Source: an uncultured Gammaproteobacteria bacterium (GTDB lineage Bacteria > Pseudomonadota > Gammaproteobacteria > Steroidobacterales > Steroidobacteraceae). From it: a DNA stretch of 64,000 bases. Both the position numbers and the translations under genes were made by a program. Each line of letters opens with the position of its first letter. The first letter of the stretch is position 1. Below the pieces are notes generated by a model. The model did not search any database. It saw nothing but the letters and a program-made list of their open reading frames with translations, and was not told the origin of the DNA. Shown here piece by piece: positions 52,800 to 62,989 of this stretch. The stretch spans positions 5,050-69,049 of the forward strand of contig CAWGKS010000017.1 in NCBI GenBank assembly GCA_963823235.1. Reading direction: 5' to 3'.

Positions 52800-54194
52800 A
52801 TGCGACTCGCACCGGCAATATTCCTGTTGGCTTCCGCCGTGGGTTCCGCCGTGGCTTCGGCCGGTGGCATCACCGTGTCGGATGCCTGGCGCGCGGCCGT
52901 AGAGCACGATCCGAAGTTTGCTGCCGCCCAGGCGCAACGCGAGGGCGGACGTGCGCGCGGGTCCGAGGCCACAGCGCTATGGCTACCCACACTTTCGGCT
53001 ACCGGGAGCGCCGGACGCGGTGATCTGGACAACCGCACGCAGGGGGCCTATTTCTCGGCCCCGGGGTTCGGCAGCACCAATGGTGTCGATTTTCAGACCA
53101 ACGTCAACGCGGGTACGTCGACACGCTGGGCGTTGGTCGCGGAGCAGCCACTGTTCGACGCCAGCCGCTTTGCTGAGGCAAAGACCCAGAGTAATTCGGC
53201 GCGCATTGCCGAGGCCAGGTACCTGGCGGCCGAGCAGGAGCTCATGCTGCGCACTGCCAGGGTCTATTTCGAGGTGCTCAATGCGCGTGCCCAGCTGCAG
53301 ACTCTGGTGCGGCTACGTGCTGCCGCAGAAACGATCCGTGCCGAAGCGCAAGCGCGCTACGAGGCCGGCGACATTCCGGCCACGGACATGCGTGAGGCGC
53401 AAGCCAACGCCGACAGCATAGGCGTTCAGGAGCTTGATGCCGGCAGCGCCGTCACTCTAAGCGAAGCTGCTTACAGCGATCTGACCGGGCTGGATGCTGC
53501 AGATCTGGGTGTACTGCACGAGGCAGCAACCGCACAGCTGCCAATACCCGAAGCACTGGAAGTCTGGATGCGGCGCGCTCTCAGCGGCAGCCCGGTATTG
53601 ACGATTCAGCAGCTGGCGGTGACCACGGCGGCCGCGCAGGTAAATCAATACGGTGCACTGACCGCGGCGCGGGTGAGTCTGTACGCGCAACTCGGGCAGG
53701 ACTCTTTGCATGGCACTGGAGATTTTGGAGCCACTGCGATCAACGGACGCCAGGCGAGCTTCGGTGTCCAGGCCTCGCTGCCTTTGTTCACCGGCGGCAT
53801 GCGCAGCGCGCAACGACACGAGGCGCGGGCACAGGCGCATCAGGCCGAGGCCGAACTGAATGACGCCGACCAGCAGGTCAGGCAGCAGGCGCGCACGGCG
53901 TGGCTGTCGCTCACGACCGCCGCGACGCGCGTGCAGGCCTTGCAGCGCCTGCGGGCTTCCGCGGCTAGCCGTCGCGATGCCACGCGTCTGGGCACCGAGG
54001 TGGGTGGTCGCACTGCCCTTGAGTTGCTCGGCGCCGAGGCGGATTACCAACGCGCCGGGGCTGATTTTCAGCGTGCGCAAGGCGAGTGGTTCCTGGCGGG
54101 CTTGCAGCTCAAGGCCATTGCTGGCGAGCTCAGTGCCGCTGACCTCGAACAAATTGATCGCCGGCTTGGCCTGTCACCGCCGGATCCGAACTGA
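52800..54194 (+). CDS. TolC-family outer-membrane efflux factor
   Basis: 464 aa with a signal peptide. Two repeats of a long Ala/Gln/Arg-rich coiled coil interleaved with beta-strands, typical of the OEP family. Confidence 0.8.
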   Translation: MRLAPAIFLLASAVGSAVASAGGITVSDAWRAAVEHDPKFAAAQAQREGGRARGSEATALWLPTLSATGSAGRGDLDNRTQGAYFSAPGFGSTNGVDFQTNVNAGTSTRWALVAEQPLFDASRFAEAKTQSNSARIAEARYLAAEQELMLRTARVYFEVLNARAQLQTLVRLRAAAETIRAEAQARYEAGDIPATDMREAQANADSIGVQELDAGSAVTLSEAAYSDLTGLDAADLGVLHEAATAQLPIPEALEVWMRRALSGSPVLTIQQLAVTTAAAQVNQYGALTAARVSLYAQLGQDSLHGTGDFGATAINGRQASFGVQASLPLFTGGMRSAQRHEARAQAHQAEAELNDADQQVRQQARTAWLSLTTAATRVQALQRLRASAASRRDATRLGTEVGGRTALELLGAEADYQRAGADFQRAQGEWFLAGLQLKAIAGELSAADLEQIDRRLGLSPPDPN

Positions 54195-54228
54195 CCAATA
54201 TGAACTTACCAAGTCGGGAGACATAACC

Positions 54229-55503
54229 ATGGCGCATATCGCAATCCTGGGGGCCGGAACCGGCGGCATGCCGGCGGCGTACGAACTCCGCGACGCTCTC
54301 GATGCCACGCATCGCATTACGGTCGTCAATGCCGTGGACTACTTTCAGTTCGTGCCCTCCAATCCGTGGCTGGCGATCGGGTGGCGTAAACGCTCCGCCA
54401 TCACTTTTCCAATTGCCCCACACCTGAAGCGTCGCAATATAGATTTCATTTCGAAACCTGTAGTCAGGATTGATGCTGCGCAGAATCGGCTGGACTTGTC
54501 AGACGGCGCCAGCCTGTCCTATGACTACCTGCTTATCACGACCGGACCCAAACTGTCGTTCGCAGAAGTCCCAGGATCCGGTCCCGACGGTGGGCTTACA
54601 CAGTCGATTTGCACCGCCGATCACGCCGAGCGCACCTGGTCAGCGTATCAGGAGTTTCTCAAAGACCCGGGTCCGGTGATCATCGGCGCCATGCCGATGG
54701 CCAGTTGCTTCGGGCCGGCCTATGAGTTCAGTTTCATTCTGAACACCGATCTGCGGCGGCGTCGACTGCGCCACAAGGTGCCCATGACCTACGTTACCAG
54801 CGAGCCCTACATCGGGCACCTCGGACTTGGCGGCGTGGGGGACTCCAAGGGAATGCTGGAATCAGAATTCCGCAACAACGACGTCAAATGGATCACCAAC
54901 GCCAGGGTGACAAGGATCGAGCCCGGGAAAATGTTTGTCACCGAAGTCGATGCCAATGGTCAGACGGTGAAGGAACACGAGCTGCCGTTCAAGCTGTCCA
55001 TGATGCTGCCGGCATTCAAAGGCGTCGATGCAGTCGCTGCAGTTGAAGGTCTGTGCAACCCGCGTGGCTTTGTCATCGTCGATGACCACCAGCGCAGCCG
55101 CAAATATCCCAACATCTTTTCAGCTGGCGTCTGCATCGCCATTCCGCCCGTTGAGGCAACCCCGGTGCCCACCGGCGCGCCAAAGACCGGCTACATGATT
55201 GAAACCATGGTCACCGCGATCGTGAAGAACATTGTCGCGGATATTTCCGGACAACCCGCCAATGCCAGGGGTTCCTGGAATGCCATCTGCCTCGCCGATA
55301 TGGGCAGCACGGGCGCGGCTTTTGTCGCTGTGCCACAGATTCCGCCACGCAACGTAAACTGGATCAGGAAGGGTCGTTGGGTACACTGGGCGAAGGTGGC
55401 GTTCGAAAAATATTTCATCTACAAGATGAAGCGCGGTCACTCCGAACCTCTGTATGAGAAGTATATGCTAAGGGCCCTGGGGCTACGGCGCCTGCAGGGC
55501 TGA
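54229..55503 (+). CDS. sqr: sulfide:quinone oxidoreductase (SQR)
   Basis: 424 aa. N-terminal IAILGAGTGGMPAAYEL FAD motif. Conserved SQR cysteine contexts ...MASCFGPAYEF... and ...FSAGVCIAIPP... Amphipathic C-terminus. GGGAG SD upstream of ATG 54229. Confidence 0.8.
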   Translation: MAHIAILGAGTGGMPAAYELRDALDATHRITVVNAVDYFQFVPSNPWLAIGWRKRSAITFPIAPHLKRRNIDFISKPVVRIDAAQNRLDLSDGASLSYDYLLITTGPKLSFAEVPGSGPDGGLTQSICTADHAERTWSAYQEFLKDPGPVIIGAMPMASCFGPAYEFSFILNTDLRRRRLRHKVPMTYVTSEPYIGHLGLGGVGDSKGMLESEFRNNDVKWITNARVTRIEPGKMFVTEVDANGQTVKEHELPFKLSMMLPAFKGVDAVAAVEGLCNPRGFVIVDDHQRSRKYPNIFSAGVCIAIPPVEATPVPTGAPKTGYMIETMVTAIVKNIVADISGQPANARGSWNAICLADMGSTGAAFVAVPQIPPRNVNWIRKGRWVHWAKVAFEKYFIYKMKRGHSEPLYEKYMLRALGLRRLQG

Positions 55504-55516
55504 CCAGGAGCAACTT

Positions 55517-55957
55517 ATGAAACCCTACCCTCATACCTATAGCGTCAGCGCCCATGGATCTGCCACCGGAACCGTTCCGGTTTCCGCTCAGGGCCTGCCA
55601 GATATCGCAACCGCACCCCCGCCGGAGTTCGATGGACCCGGAGACGTCTGGTCACCCGAGTCACTCCTGGTTGCAGCGGTGGCCAACTGCTTCATCCTGA
55701 CTTTCCGCGGCGTGTCGCGGGCGGCCAAATTCAACTGGGAGCGGCTGGAGTGTCAGGTCGATGGGGTGCTGGAGCGAGTCTCCGGCGTGACACGGTTTTC
55801 GAAATTCACGACCCGTGCCACCCTGGGGGTGAGCGCGGGCGCGGATCATGCCAAGGCGCAGGAATTAATGGAGCGCGCCGAGAAACTCTGCCTGGTCGCC
55901 AACTCGCTGCATGGCGAACGCCATCTGGTGGCTGAGGTTATTGAGACCATGGGATGA
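55517..55957 (+). CDS. OsmC/Ohr-family protein
   Basis: 146 aa. ...SPESLLVAAVANCFILTF... and ...KLCLVANSL... are the two conserved Cys contexts of the OsmC fold. Confidence 0.7.
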   Translation: MKPYPHTYSVSAHGSATGTVPVSAQGLPDIATAPPPEFDGPGDVWSPESLLVAAVANCFILTFRGVSRAAKFNWERLECQVDGVLERVSGVTRFSKFTTRATLGVSAGADHAKAQELMERAEKLCLVANSLHGERHLVAEVIETMG

Positions 55958-56064
55958 GTGGCGCACTGCGCAGTCGCTGGGTCAGCTGAGGGCGCCAGCG
56001 CTGGAAAACCGGCGGTTTTCCGTTCCCGGGCTGTGGCATTGAGAACCAGGTCACACTGTTGCGG

Positions 56065-56081
56065 CGGCATACGAATTGCAT
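56065..56081 (+). promoter_or_regulatory. candidate sigma-54 promoter (CGGCAT-N5-TTGCAT; GG-N10-GC spacing) upstream of fliM
   Basis: Read directly, ~43 nt upstream of ATG 56124. Matches the TGGCAC-N5-TTGCW consensus at the invariant GG and GC. Confidence 0.35.
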
Positions 56082-56123
56082 ATTCAGATGCATCGCAAGC
56101 CGTGTTGCCAGGTATGTCTATTC

Positions 56124-57107
56124 ATGAACGCCAGCGCTGAAGTTCTCGAAAAGGAGGAGATTGACGCCCTGCTCAAGGGTGTCGACAACAGTGAAGTGCA
56201 GGTCGAATCAGGCGCGTCAGTGCCTGGCGAGGTCAGCTCCTATGACATGGCGACCCATGTCCGCGTGGTGCGCGGGCGCATGCTCACGCTGGAGATGATT
56301 CACGAGCGCTTTGCGCGGGCACTGGGTGTCGGACTCTTCAACATGTTGCGGCGCGAACCGGAAATCACCGTGGCGCCCATGCAGCTGCTTAAATTCAGCG
56401 AATACACGCAGAGCCTGCGCCAGCCCAGCAGTCTGAATCTGGTCAGGCTAACGCCGCTGCGCGGCACCGCCCTGTTCGTGCTGGACTCAAGACTGGTATC
56501 TACACTGGTGGACAATTTCTTCGGTGGCAGCGGGCGGAGCGCCGCGGTCGACGGGCGTGAATTCACCGGCACTGAGAAACGCATTATCCAGATGGTGTTA
56601 CGGCAGGCGTTTACCGACCTGCAGGCGGCGTGGGCGCCTGTGCACGCGCTGCAGGTCGATTACCTGAGCTCGGAAATGAACGCCCATTTTGTCAATATCG
56701 TCAGTCCTTCGGAAGTGGTCGTGGTTGCCTCGTTCCGCATCCAGCTGGACGGTGGTGGCGGCGAACTGCATGTCACCATGCCGTATTCAATGCTCGAGCC
56801 GATCCGTGAACTACTTGGCGCCGGCGCTCAGGGAGAAGTCGTTGGCGGTAACGAGGCCTGGACGCAGGCCTTGCGCCAGGAAGTAGAGGAGGTCGATATT
56901 GAGCTGGTGCCGTTGCTGGGGCACTCCACCCTGACGGTTGGACAGCTGCTGAACCTGAAACCGGGCGATATCATTCCCTGCGACTTCGATGGCCATGCCA
57001 CGCTGCTGGCTGAAGGCGTACCGTTTCTGCGCGGCACCTACGGCGCTTCCCGGGGTCAACAGGCCGTCAAGGTTTCCAGTCGGCTGGCCAGGCGGGTCGC
57101 GTCGTGA
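56124..57107 (+). CDS. fliM: flagellar motor switch protein FliM
   Basis: 327 aa. N-terminal EEIDALL peptide. ...VRGRMLTLEMIHERFARALGVGLFNMLRREPEITV...LRGTALFVLDSRLVSTLVDNFFGG...EFTGTEKRII...MPYSMLEPIRELL is closely colinear with enterobacterial FliM. Confidence 0.9.
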   Translation: MNASAEVLEKEEIDALLKGVDNSEVQVESGASVPGEVSSYDMATHVRVVRGRMLTLEMIHERFARALGVGLFNMLRREPEITVAPMQLLKFSEYTQSLRQPSSLNLVRLTPLRGTALFVLDSRLVSTLVDNFFGGSGRSAAVDGREFTGTEKRIIQMVLRQAFTDLQAAWAPVHALQVDYLSSEMNAHFVNIVSPSEVVVVASFRIQLDGGGGELHVTMPYSMLEPIRELLGAGAQGEVVGGNEAWTQALRQEVEEVDIELVPLLGHSTLTVGQLLNLKPGDIIPCDFDGHATLLAEGVPFLRGTYGASRGQQAVKVSSRLARRVAS

Positions 57108-57445
57108 GCAATGCAGCCATGCCGATGGCGGACGTTCTCGAAAACTTTCGAGCCGAAGCCCAGTCCTCGTCCGGGGCGTCGCTGGTCGGGCTTGGCGACA
57201 TCATGGACCTGCCGGTGCTTGTAGCCCTTGAGGTCGGTCGGGCCAACATTTCCATACGCGAGCTGCTGCAGCTTACCGCGGGCTCGGTGATCGGGCTGGA
57301 CCGCGATACCAGTGAGGCCTTCGATGTGCTCGTCAACGGCACGCTCGTGGCACACGGCGAGGCGGTGGTCGTGAACGACAGATGTGCCATACGGTTTACG
57401 GATGTGATCGGGGCTGCCGGGTCCGGCCATCGCCCGGGTCAATAG
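57104..57445 (+). CDS. fliN: flagellar motor switch protein FliN
   Basis: 113 aa. SpoA domain ...LDLPVLVALEVGRANISIRELLQLTAGSVIGLDRDTSEAFDVLVNGTLVAHGEAVVVNDRCAIRFTDV... Its start overlaps the fliM stop. Confidence 0.9.
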   Translation: MSNAAMPMADVLENFRAEAQSSSGASLVGLGDIMDLPVLVALEVGRANISIRELLQLTAGSVIGLDRDTSEAFDVLVNGTLVAHGEAVVVNDRCAIRFTDVIGAAGSGHRPGQ

Positions 57446-57455
57446 CGCTGGCGCC

Positions 57456-58082
57456 TCAGCGCGCCGGCACGCCATCGAAGAAATCGACGATTCCGGTCTC
57501 CAGGGAGTACTCGGCGCCCACCACCAGCAGGCCGTCGTCTTCAATAAGCTGTTCAAGGATCTCGGAGCCGTGGCGCAGGTGATAGGCCGAGACGCGGATA
57601 TTGGCGCGCACAGCGTGGCGCATCAGCGCCTCATGGTCGTGACGCAGCTCGGTTTCCAGCAGTGTCTCGATCGACGGCCGCACCCGATCAACGATCGAGC
57701 GCAAGTTGCGCGAACGTTGCTCGCTGGGACGCTGCAGATCTTCCAGGGTCGCCTGGATGGCGCCACATTGCGAATGTCCGAGCACAACCACCAGGCGCGT
57801 ACCATGGCGTTCGGCGGCGAACTCGACGCTGCCGATCTGTGAAGCGGCAACCACATTGCCGGCGACACGAATCACGAACAGATCACCCAGGCCCTGATCA
57901 AACACGATCTCGGCCGGCACGCGTGAGTCGGAGCAACCGAGAATGATGGCAGAGGGTTCCTGGCCCGCCATCAGTGCCTGGCGCCGCAGCCGACCCTGGT
58001 GTTGATCGCTGTTGCGCGCTTCGGCGACAAAACGCCGGTTGCCTTCGCGCAGGCGCTCCAGCGCCGCGGCTGCCCGCATCAT
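57456..58082 (-). CDS. beta-class carbonic anhydrase
   Basis: 208 aa. Zinc ligand contexts ...ILGCSDSRVP... and ...GHSQCGA..., plus ...VIRVAGN... Confidence 0.85.
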   Translation of the reverse strand: MMRAAAALERLREGNRRFVAEARNSDQHQGRLRRQALMAGQEPSAIILGCSDSRVPAEIVFDQGLGDLFVIRVAGNVVAASQIGSVEFAAERHGTRLVVVLGHSQCGAIQATLEDLQRPSEQRSRNLRSIVDRVRPSIETLLETELRHDHEALMRHAVRANIRVSAYHLRHGSEILEQLIEDDGLLVVGAEYSLETGIVDFFDGVPAR

Positions 58083-58115
58083 CGTTACTGGCTCCCCAAC
58101 TTCGAGCGCCGCACG

Positions 58116-58544
58116 TTACATGGGCTCAAGTTTGGCGTGCAAGGTAATTTCCGCGCGCAGCAGGCGCGAGACCGGGCAGTTGGCCTTGGCGTCGGCAGCG
58201 ATGCTGTCAAACTGCGGCGCCGCAATGCCAGGCACCCAGGCTTCGGTCTCGAGGTGCACCGTGGAAATGGTCCAGGCGCCGGCAATCTGCTCGAGCGTCA
58301 GGGTGGCCTGCGTGGCCAGGCGCTTGGGCGTAAAGCCAGCCTTGCCCAGAGCGGCCGTGAGCGCCATCGTAAAACACCCGGCATGCGCCGCGGCGATCAG
58401 CTCTTCCGGGTTGGTCTGTCCGGCAGCCTCAAAGCGTGAGGCAAAAGTGTAGGGGGTCTCTTTCAGCACGCCACTGTGCGTCGCCAGGGCACCGGCGCCG
58501 CTCTTGAGATCACCATGCCAGATCGCTGAACCCGTGCGTTTCAT
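58116..58544 (-). CDS. osmC: OsmC peroxiredoxin
   Basis: 142 aa, colinear with E. coli OsmC: ...WHGDLKSGAG...PYTFASRFE...TNPEELIAAAHAGCFTMAL...ANCPVSRLLRAEITL... Confidence 0.85.
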   Translation of the reverse strand: MKRTGSAIWHGDLKSGAGALATHSGVLKETPYTFASRFEAAGQTNPEELIAAAHAGCFTMALTAALGKAGFTPKRLATQATLTLEQIAGAWTISTVHLETEAWVPGIAAPQFDSIAADAKANCPVSRLLRAEITLHAKLEPM

Positions 58545-58616
58545 CGAGCCTCCCTGCGGGCGTTATTGAAGGGCAGGAACCACCCTCGTCGGCTACACTA
58601 GACTCTGGCTTATGTC

Positions 58617-61454
58617 ATGTCTACAGCCCTGAGTATGGACCCCACGCTTGCCGAATTGACTGCCTCCACGCCGCTTTCGGGCGCCAATGCCGATTATATT
58701 GAATCGCTGTATGAGCGTTACCTTGAGAGTCGCGACTCGGTCGACGCGGGTTGGCGCGCGCTGTTCGATGCCCTGCCGGCAGGCGGGCAGCGGGCCGTGC
58801 CCGGCAGCGGCGCGCCAGCCGCGCTCGCCGACGGTGAAAAGCAGGGTGCGGTCTCACGCCTGGTGCAGACCTACAGCAACCGCGGCCATCTGATCGCGCG
58901 TATCGATCCGCTCGGGCTGATGCAGCGTGAGCGCCCTTACGTGCTCGACCCTGGCTACGTCGGGCTCAACCAGTCCGACATGGATACCGAGTTCTACACC
59001 AGCAGCCGTAACGAGTGGCTGCCGCGGCGTGCGCCGTTGCGGGATATCCTGGCGCGACTCGAACAGGTGTATTGCGGTTCGATCGGCGCCGAGTTCGCGC
59101 ATGTCTCCAATACCGAAGAGCGCCTGTGGCTGCAGGATGAATTTCAGCTCGGCCGCGTGCGCGCGCAGTTCACAGTCGAAGAGCGCCGCAATATTCTCTG
59201 GCAGCTCACGGCCGCCGAGGGCCTGGAGCGCTACCTGCACACGCGCTTCGTCGGCCAGAAGCGCTTCTCGCTCGAAGGCGGTGAGGCGCTGATCGCACTG
59301 CTCGATGACCTGGTGCAGGAAGGCGGCCGCGGCGGGGTCGAGGAATCAATCATCGGCATGGCACATCGCGGCCGGCTGAACGTGCTGGTCAATGTGCTGG
59401 GTAAGTCGCCAGGTGAGCTGTTTTCCGAGTTCGAAGGCAAGCATCACCAGCCTGCGGGCTCCGGCGATGTCAAGTATCACAAGGGCTTTTCCGTTGACCT
59501 GCGCACGCCGGGCGGCAACGTGCATGTGGCGCTGGCTTTCAATCCCTCGCACCTTGAAATCGTCAATCCGGTGGTCGAGGGCTCGGTGCGCGCGCGCCAG
59601 GAACGACGCAACGATGCGCGCGGCGACAAGGTGCTGCCGGTGCTGATCCACGGCGATGCCGCCTTCGCGGGGCAGGGCGTGGTCATGGAGACGCTGCAGC
59701 TTTCACAGACCCGCGGCTATGGCACCGGCGGCACGATTCATGTCGTGATCAACAACCAGGTGGGCTTCACTACCAGCGATCCGCAGGATGCGCGTTCCAC
59801 GCTCTATTGCAGCGATGTCGCCAAGATGATCGAGGCGCCGATCCTGCATGTGAATGGTGATGATGCCGAAGCGGTCATATTCACCAGCCGCTTTGCGCTG
59901 CGCTACCGACAGCAGTTTCACAAGGATATCGTGATTGACCTGGTCTGCTATCGGCGCCTCGGACACAACGAGGCCGATGAACCGGCGGCCACCCAGCCGC
60001 AGATGTACCAGGCGATACGCCAGCACCCGCCGGTACGCAGGATCTATGCCGAGCGCCTGGTCGCTGACGGCGTGCTGGGCGCTGCCGACGCCGAGCAGAT
60101 GGTCGAGCAATATCGCAGCGCGCTGGATGAAGGGCGCCACCAATTGCACCCGTCGCTGGGCATGATCGGCAATCAGTTCACGGTCGACTGGTCGCGCTAT
60201 CAGCATGTCGATACCCAGGAGTCCATCTCGACTTCGCTGCCGGCTGCAAAGCTTGCGAGCTTAGGGAGGCGCATCCTGCAGTATCCCGAGGGCTTTACAC
60301 TGCATCCGCGCGTGGCGCAGATCGTCGTCAACCGCTCAAAGATGCTGGCCGGCGAATTGCCGATCGACTGGGGCTGTGCCGAGACCCTGGCCTACGCCTC
60401 CCTCATCGACGCCGATTTTGCCATCCGGCTTTCCGGGCAGGATGTCGGTCGTGGCACGTTTTTCCATCGCCACGCCGTGCTGCACGATCAGGGTTCGCTG
60501 CGTCGCTACATTCCCCTGCAGCACATCAAGGATCGGCAGCCGCGCGTGGCCATCATCGACTCGGTGCTGTCCGAGGAAGCGGTGCTGGGCTTCGAATACG
60601 GCTACTCGGCCACCAGCCCTGATTGCCTGGTGATCTGGGAGGGGCAGTTCGGAGATTTCGTCAACGGTGCGCAGGTGCTCATCGACCAGTTCATTTCGTC
60701 CGGCGAGGCCAAGTGGGGGCGCTTCAGCGGTTTGACGCTGTTCCTGCCGCATGGCTACGAAGGGCAGGGGCCGGAACATTCCTCCGCCCGGCTCGAGCGC
60801 TTCCTGCAACTATGTGCCGAGAACAATATGCAGGTGTGCGTGCCATCGACGCCGGCACAGATGTTTCACATGTTGCGGCGGCAGATGCTGCGGCCACTGC
60901 GCAAGCCGCTGATCGTGATGACGCCCAAGAGTCTGCTGCGCCATGAACTCTCGGTGTCGACCTTAAGTGACCTGAGCGCCGGCGGTTTCGCCAATATCAT
61001 TGATGAGCTCGATGAGCTGCAGCCCGAAGAAATCGAGCGCGTGGTGTTCTGCAGCGGCAAGGTTTATTTCGATCTGCTGCGCGCGCGTCGCGCAGCCGGC
61101 AGCGGCAACGTGGCGCTGGTACGCATCGAACAACTGTACCCGTTCCCGGTGCCGGAGTACCAGGCGGTACTGGCTCGCTATCCCAACGCCGTCGATCTGG
61201 TGTGGTGCCAGGAAGAGCCGCAGAACCAGGGCGCCTGGTACCAGATACGGCATCGTCTCGAGGATCTCGCCGGTGAGCGCCGGGCGGTGTACTACGCCGG
61301 GCGCGCCTCGGCATCGGCGCCAGCCACGGGGCTGGCGCGCCTGCACGAGGCCGAGCAGCGGCAATTGGTGCAGACCGCGCTCAATGCTGACGCGGCCGGG
61401 CAGGCAGTGCGCCTGACGTCGCGTGCCACATCGCAGAAGAGGAAGAGCTCATGA
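58617..61454 (+). CDS. sucA: 2-oxoglutarate dehydrogenase E1 component
   Basis: 945 aa. ...[13 protein letters not shown]..., ...[11 protein letters not shown]..., ...GDVKYHKG..., ...[12 protein letters not shown]..., ...NNQVGFTT..., ...[25 protein letters not shown]... Confidence 0.95.
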   Translation: MSTALSMDPTLAELTASTPLSGANADYIESLYERYLESRDSVDAGWRALFDALPAGGQRAVPGSGAPAALADGEKQGAVSRLVQTYSNRGHLIARIDPLGLMQRERPYVLDPGYVGLNQSDMDTEFYTSSRNEWLPRRAPLRDILARLEQVYCGSIGAEFAHVSNTEERLWLQDEFQLGRVRAQFTVEERRNILWQLTAAEGLERYLHTRFVGQKRFSLEGGEALIALLDDLVQEGGRGGVEESIIGMAHRGRLNVLVNVLGKSPGELFSEFEGKHHQPAGSGDVKYHKGFSVDLRTPGGNVHVALAFNPSHLEIVNPVVEGSVRARQERRNDARGDKVLPVLIHGDAAFAGQGVVMETLQLSQTRGYGTGGTIHVVINNQVGFTTSDPQDARSTLYCSDVAKMIEAPILHVNGDDAEAVIFTSRFALRYRQQFHKDIVIDLVCYRRLGHNEADEPAATQPQMYQAIRQHPPVRRIYAERLVADGVLGAADAEQMVEQYRSALDEGRHQLHPSLGMIGNQFTVDWSRYQHVDTQESISTSLPAAKLASLGRRILQYPEGFTLHPRVAQIVVNRSKMLAGELPIDWGCAETLAYASLIDADFAIRLSGQDVGRGTFFHRHAVLHDQGSLRRYIPLQHIKDRQPRVAIIDSVLSEEAVLGFEYGYSATSPDCLVIWEGQFGDFVNGAQVLIDQFISSGEAKWGRFSGLTLFLPHGYEGQGPEHSSARLERFLQLCAENNMQVCVPSTPAQMFHMLRRQMLRPLRKPLIVMTPKSLLRHELSVSTLSDLSAGGFANIIDELDELQPEEIERVVFCSGKVYFDLLRARRAAGSGNVALVRIEQLYPFPVPEYQAVLARYPNAVDLVWCQEEPQNQGAWYQIRHRLEDLAGERRAVYYAGRASASAPATGLARLHEAEQRQLVQTALNADAAGQAVRLTSRATSQKRKSS

Positions 61455-62989
61455 GCGTAGAAATCCGCGTGCCACAGCTGCCCGAGTCGGTCGCCGACGC
61501 GACGCTGGTGGCCTGGCGCAAGCAGCCCGGTGAGAGTGTCAGCCGCGATGAAAATCTGGCTGATCTGGAGACCGACAAAGTGGTGCTCGAAGTGCCGGCA
61601 ACGAGCGCCGGTGTACTGCAGGAAATTCGCATCCAGGCGGGCACCAGCGTCAAGAGCGGCGAATTGCTGGCAATCATTGCGCCTGGCGCAGCGGCTGCCA
61701 CCACGACCGGCGCCACGCCTGCCGGCAGCAAGGCGAGCGCTGCCGCGACAGCCGTGCCGGCCGCAGCACCGGTCGCAGCGCCGGCAGCGGCCAGCGCCTC
61801 GCCAAAACTGGGCCCGGCCGCGCAGCGGGTCGCCGAGGAGCTGGGCCTGAGCGGCTCCGTGATCGCCGCCGCCGCCAAGGGCGGGCGTGCCTCGAAATCT
61901 GATCTGATCACCGCCGGCAAGGGTCTTGCTGCCGCTCCCCAGCCGAACGTTGCGCGCGGTGCGCGCGCCGAGCAGCGCGTGCCCATGACCCGCCTGCGCC
62001 AGCGCATCGCCGAGCGCCTGGTGAAGGCACAATCGACCCAGGCGTTGCTGACCACCTTCAATGAAGTTGATCTGACGCAGGTCAATGAACTGCGGGCGCG
62101 CTACAAGGAAGGTTTCGAAAAGCAGCACGGTGTGAAGCTGGGTTTCATGGCTTTCTTCGTCAAGGCCGCCATCGAAGGCTTGAAGCGTTATCCGGTGATC
62201 AATGCCTCGGTGGAGGGCACGGATATCGTCTACCACCAGTACTTCGATATCGGCGTCGCGGTTTCCACCGAGCGCGGGCTCATGGTGCCGGTGCTGCGCG
62301 ATGCCGACGCGCTCGATTTCGCAGGCATCGAACGCGGTATTGCCGGTTTTTCAAAGCGCGCGCGTGACGGCACGATTTCACTCGAAGACCTGACCGGCGG
62401 CACCTTCAGCATCACCAATGGCGGCGTGTTCGGTTCCATGTTGTCGACACCGATCGTCAATGCGCCGCAGAGCGCCATTCTCGGCATGCACAAGACCCAG
62501 CAGCGGGCGATGGTGGTGGCTGGCGTCGTGGTAGCGCGTCCCATCATGTACCTGGCGCTCAGCTACGATCATCGCATCATCGATGGGCGCGAAGCAGTGC
62601 ATAGCGAAATGAAGCAAGGTGCAAAACGATCATCCGTCTGGGGCTCGAATGGGCGGTTGAAGCTTCCACAGCGAGCGATAGAGTTGACGCGAGACCTCCA
62701 GCATGCTGAGGCGGTAGCGACGGAACAGTTTGGAATGCAACCGAGCAAAGGCCGAGCAGAGCGCGAAGGCGATGCAAAGAATCAGCGTGACCGCCTGCAA
62801 TCCGTGGTTGGGCAAAGGCTGGAGGTGGCCTTCGGCATCGCGGCGTTGCGGCCGATGTTTACAGGCGTGCAGGAAGCCATGCTTGAGAGCCCAGTGCTTG
62901 GTGAGATCGCACCAGGCATTGTTTTCCAGCCGCCAGCGATCATGTCCGAGTTGGCGCACCAGCCGGATGGAGAAGGTTTTCGCGTCTAA
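61451..62989 (+). CDS. sucB: dihydrolipoyllysine-residue succinyltransferase (E2o); native C-terminus replaced after ~aa 383 by read-through into an IS
   Basis: Lipoyl domain (...[12 protein letters not shown]...), Ala/Pro linker, PSBD, and catalytic domain up to ...[14 protein letters not shown] (ends ~62599). From 62600 the translation ([12 protein letters not shown]...) no longer resembles E2 and is antisense to the transposase gene. Confidence 0.85.
   Translation: MSVEIRVPQLPESVADATLVAWRKQPGESVSRDENLADLETDKVVLEVPATSAGVLQEIRIQAGTSVKSGELLAIIAPGAAAATTTGATPAGSKASAAATAVPAAAPVAAPAAASASPKLGPAAQRVAEELGLSGSVIAAAAKGGRASKSDLITAGKGLAAAPQPNVARGARAEQRVPMTRLRQRIAERLVKAQSTQALLTTFNEVDLTQVNELRARYKEGFEKQHGVKLGFMAFFVKAAIEGLKRYPVINASVEGTDIVYHQYFDIGVAVSTERGLMVPVLRDADALDFAGIERGIAGFSKRARDGTISLEDLTGGTFSITNGGVFGSMLSTPIVNAPQSAILGMHKTQQRAMVVAGVVVARPIMYLALSYDHRIIDGREAVHSEMKQGAKRSSVWGSNGRLKLPQRAIELTRDLQHAEAVATEQFGMQPSKGRAEREGDAKNQRDRLQSVVGQRLEVAFGIAALRPMFTGVQEAMLESPVLGEIAPGIVFQPPAIMSELAHQPDGEGFRV

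Noticed and set aside
56003-56021. Hairpin GGAAAACC-GGC-GGTTTTCC as a terminator after the OsmC-like gene
   Set aside because: The stem is short and no U-tract follows it, so it is not convincing as an intrinsic terminator.
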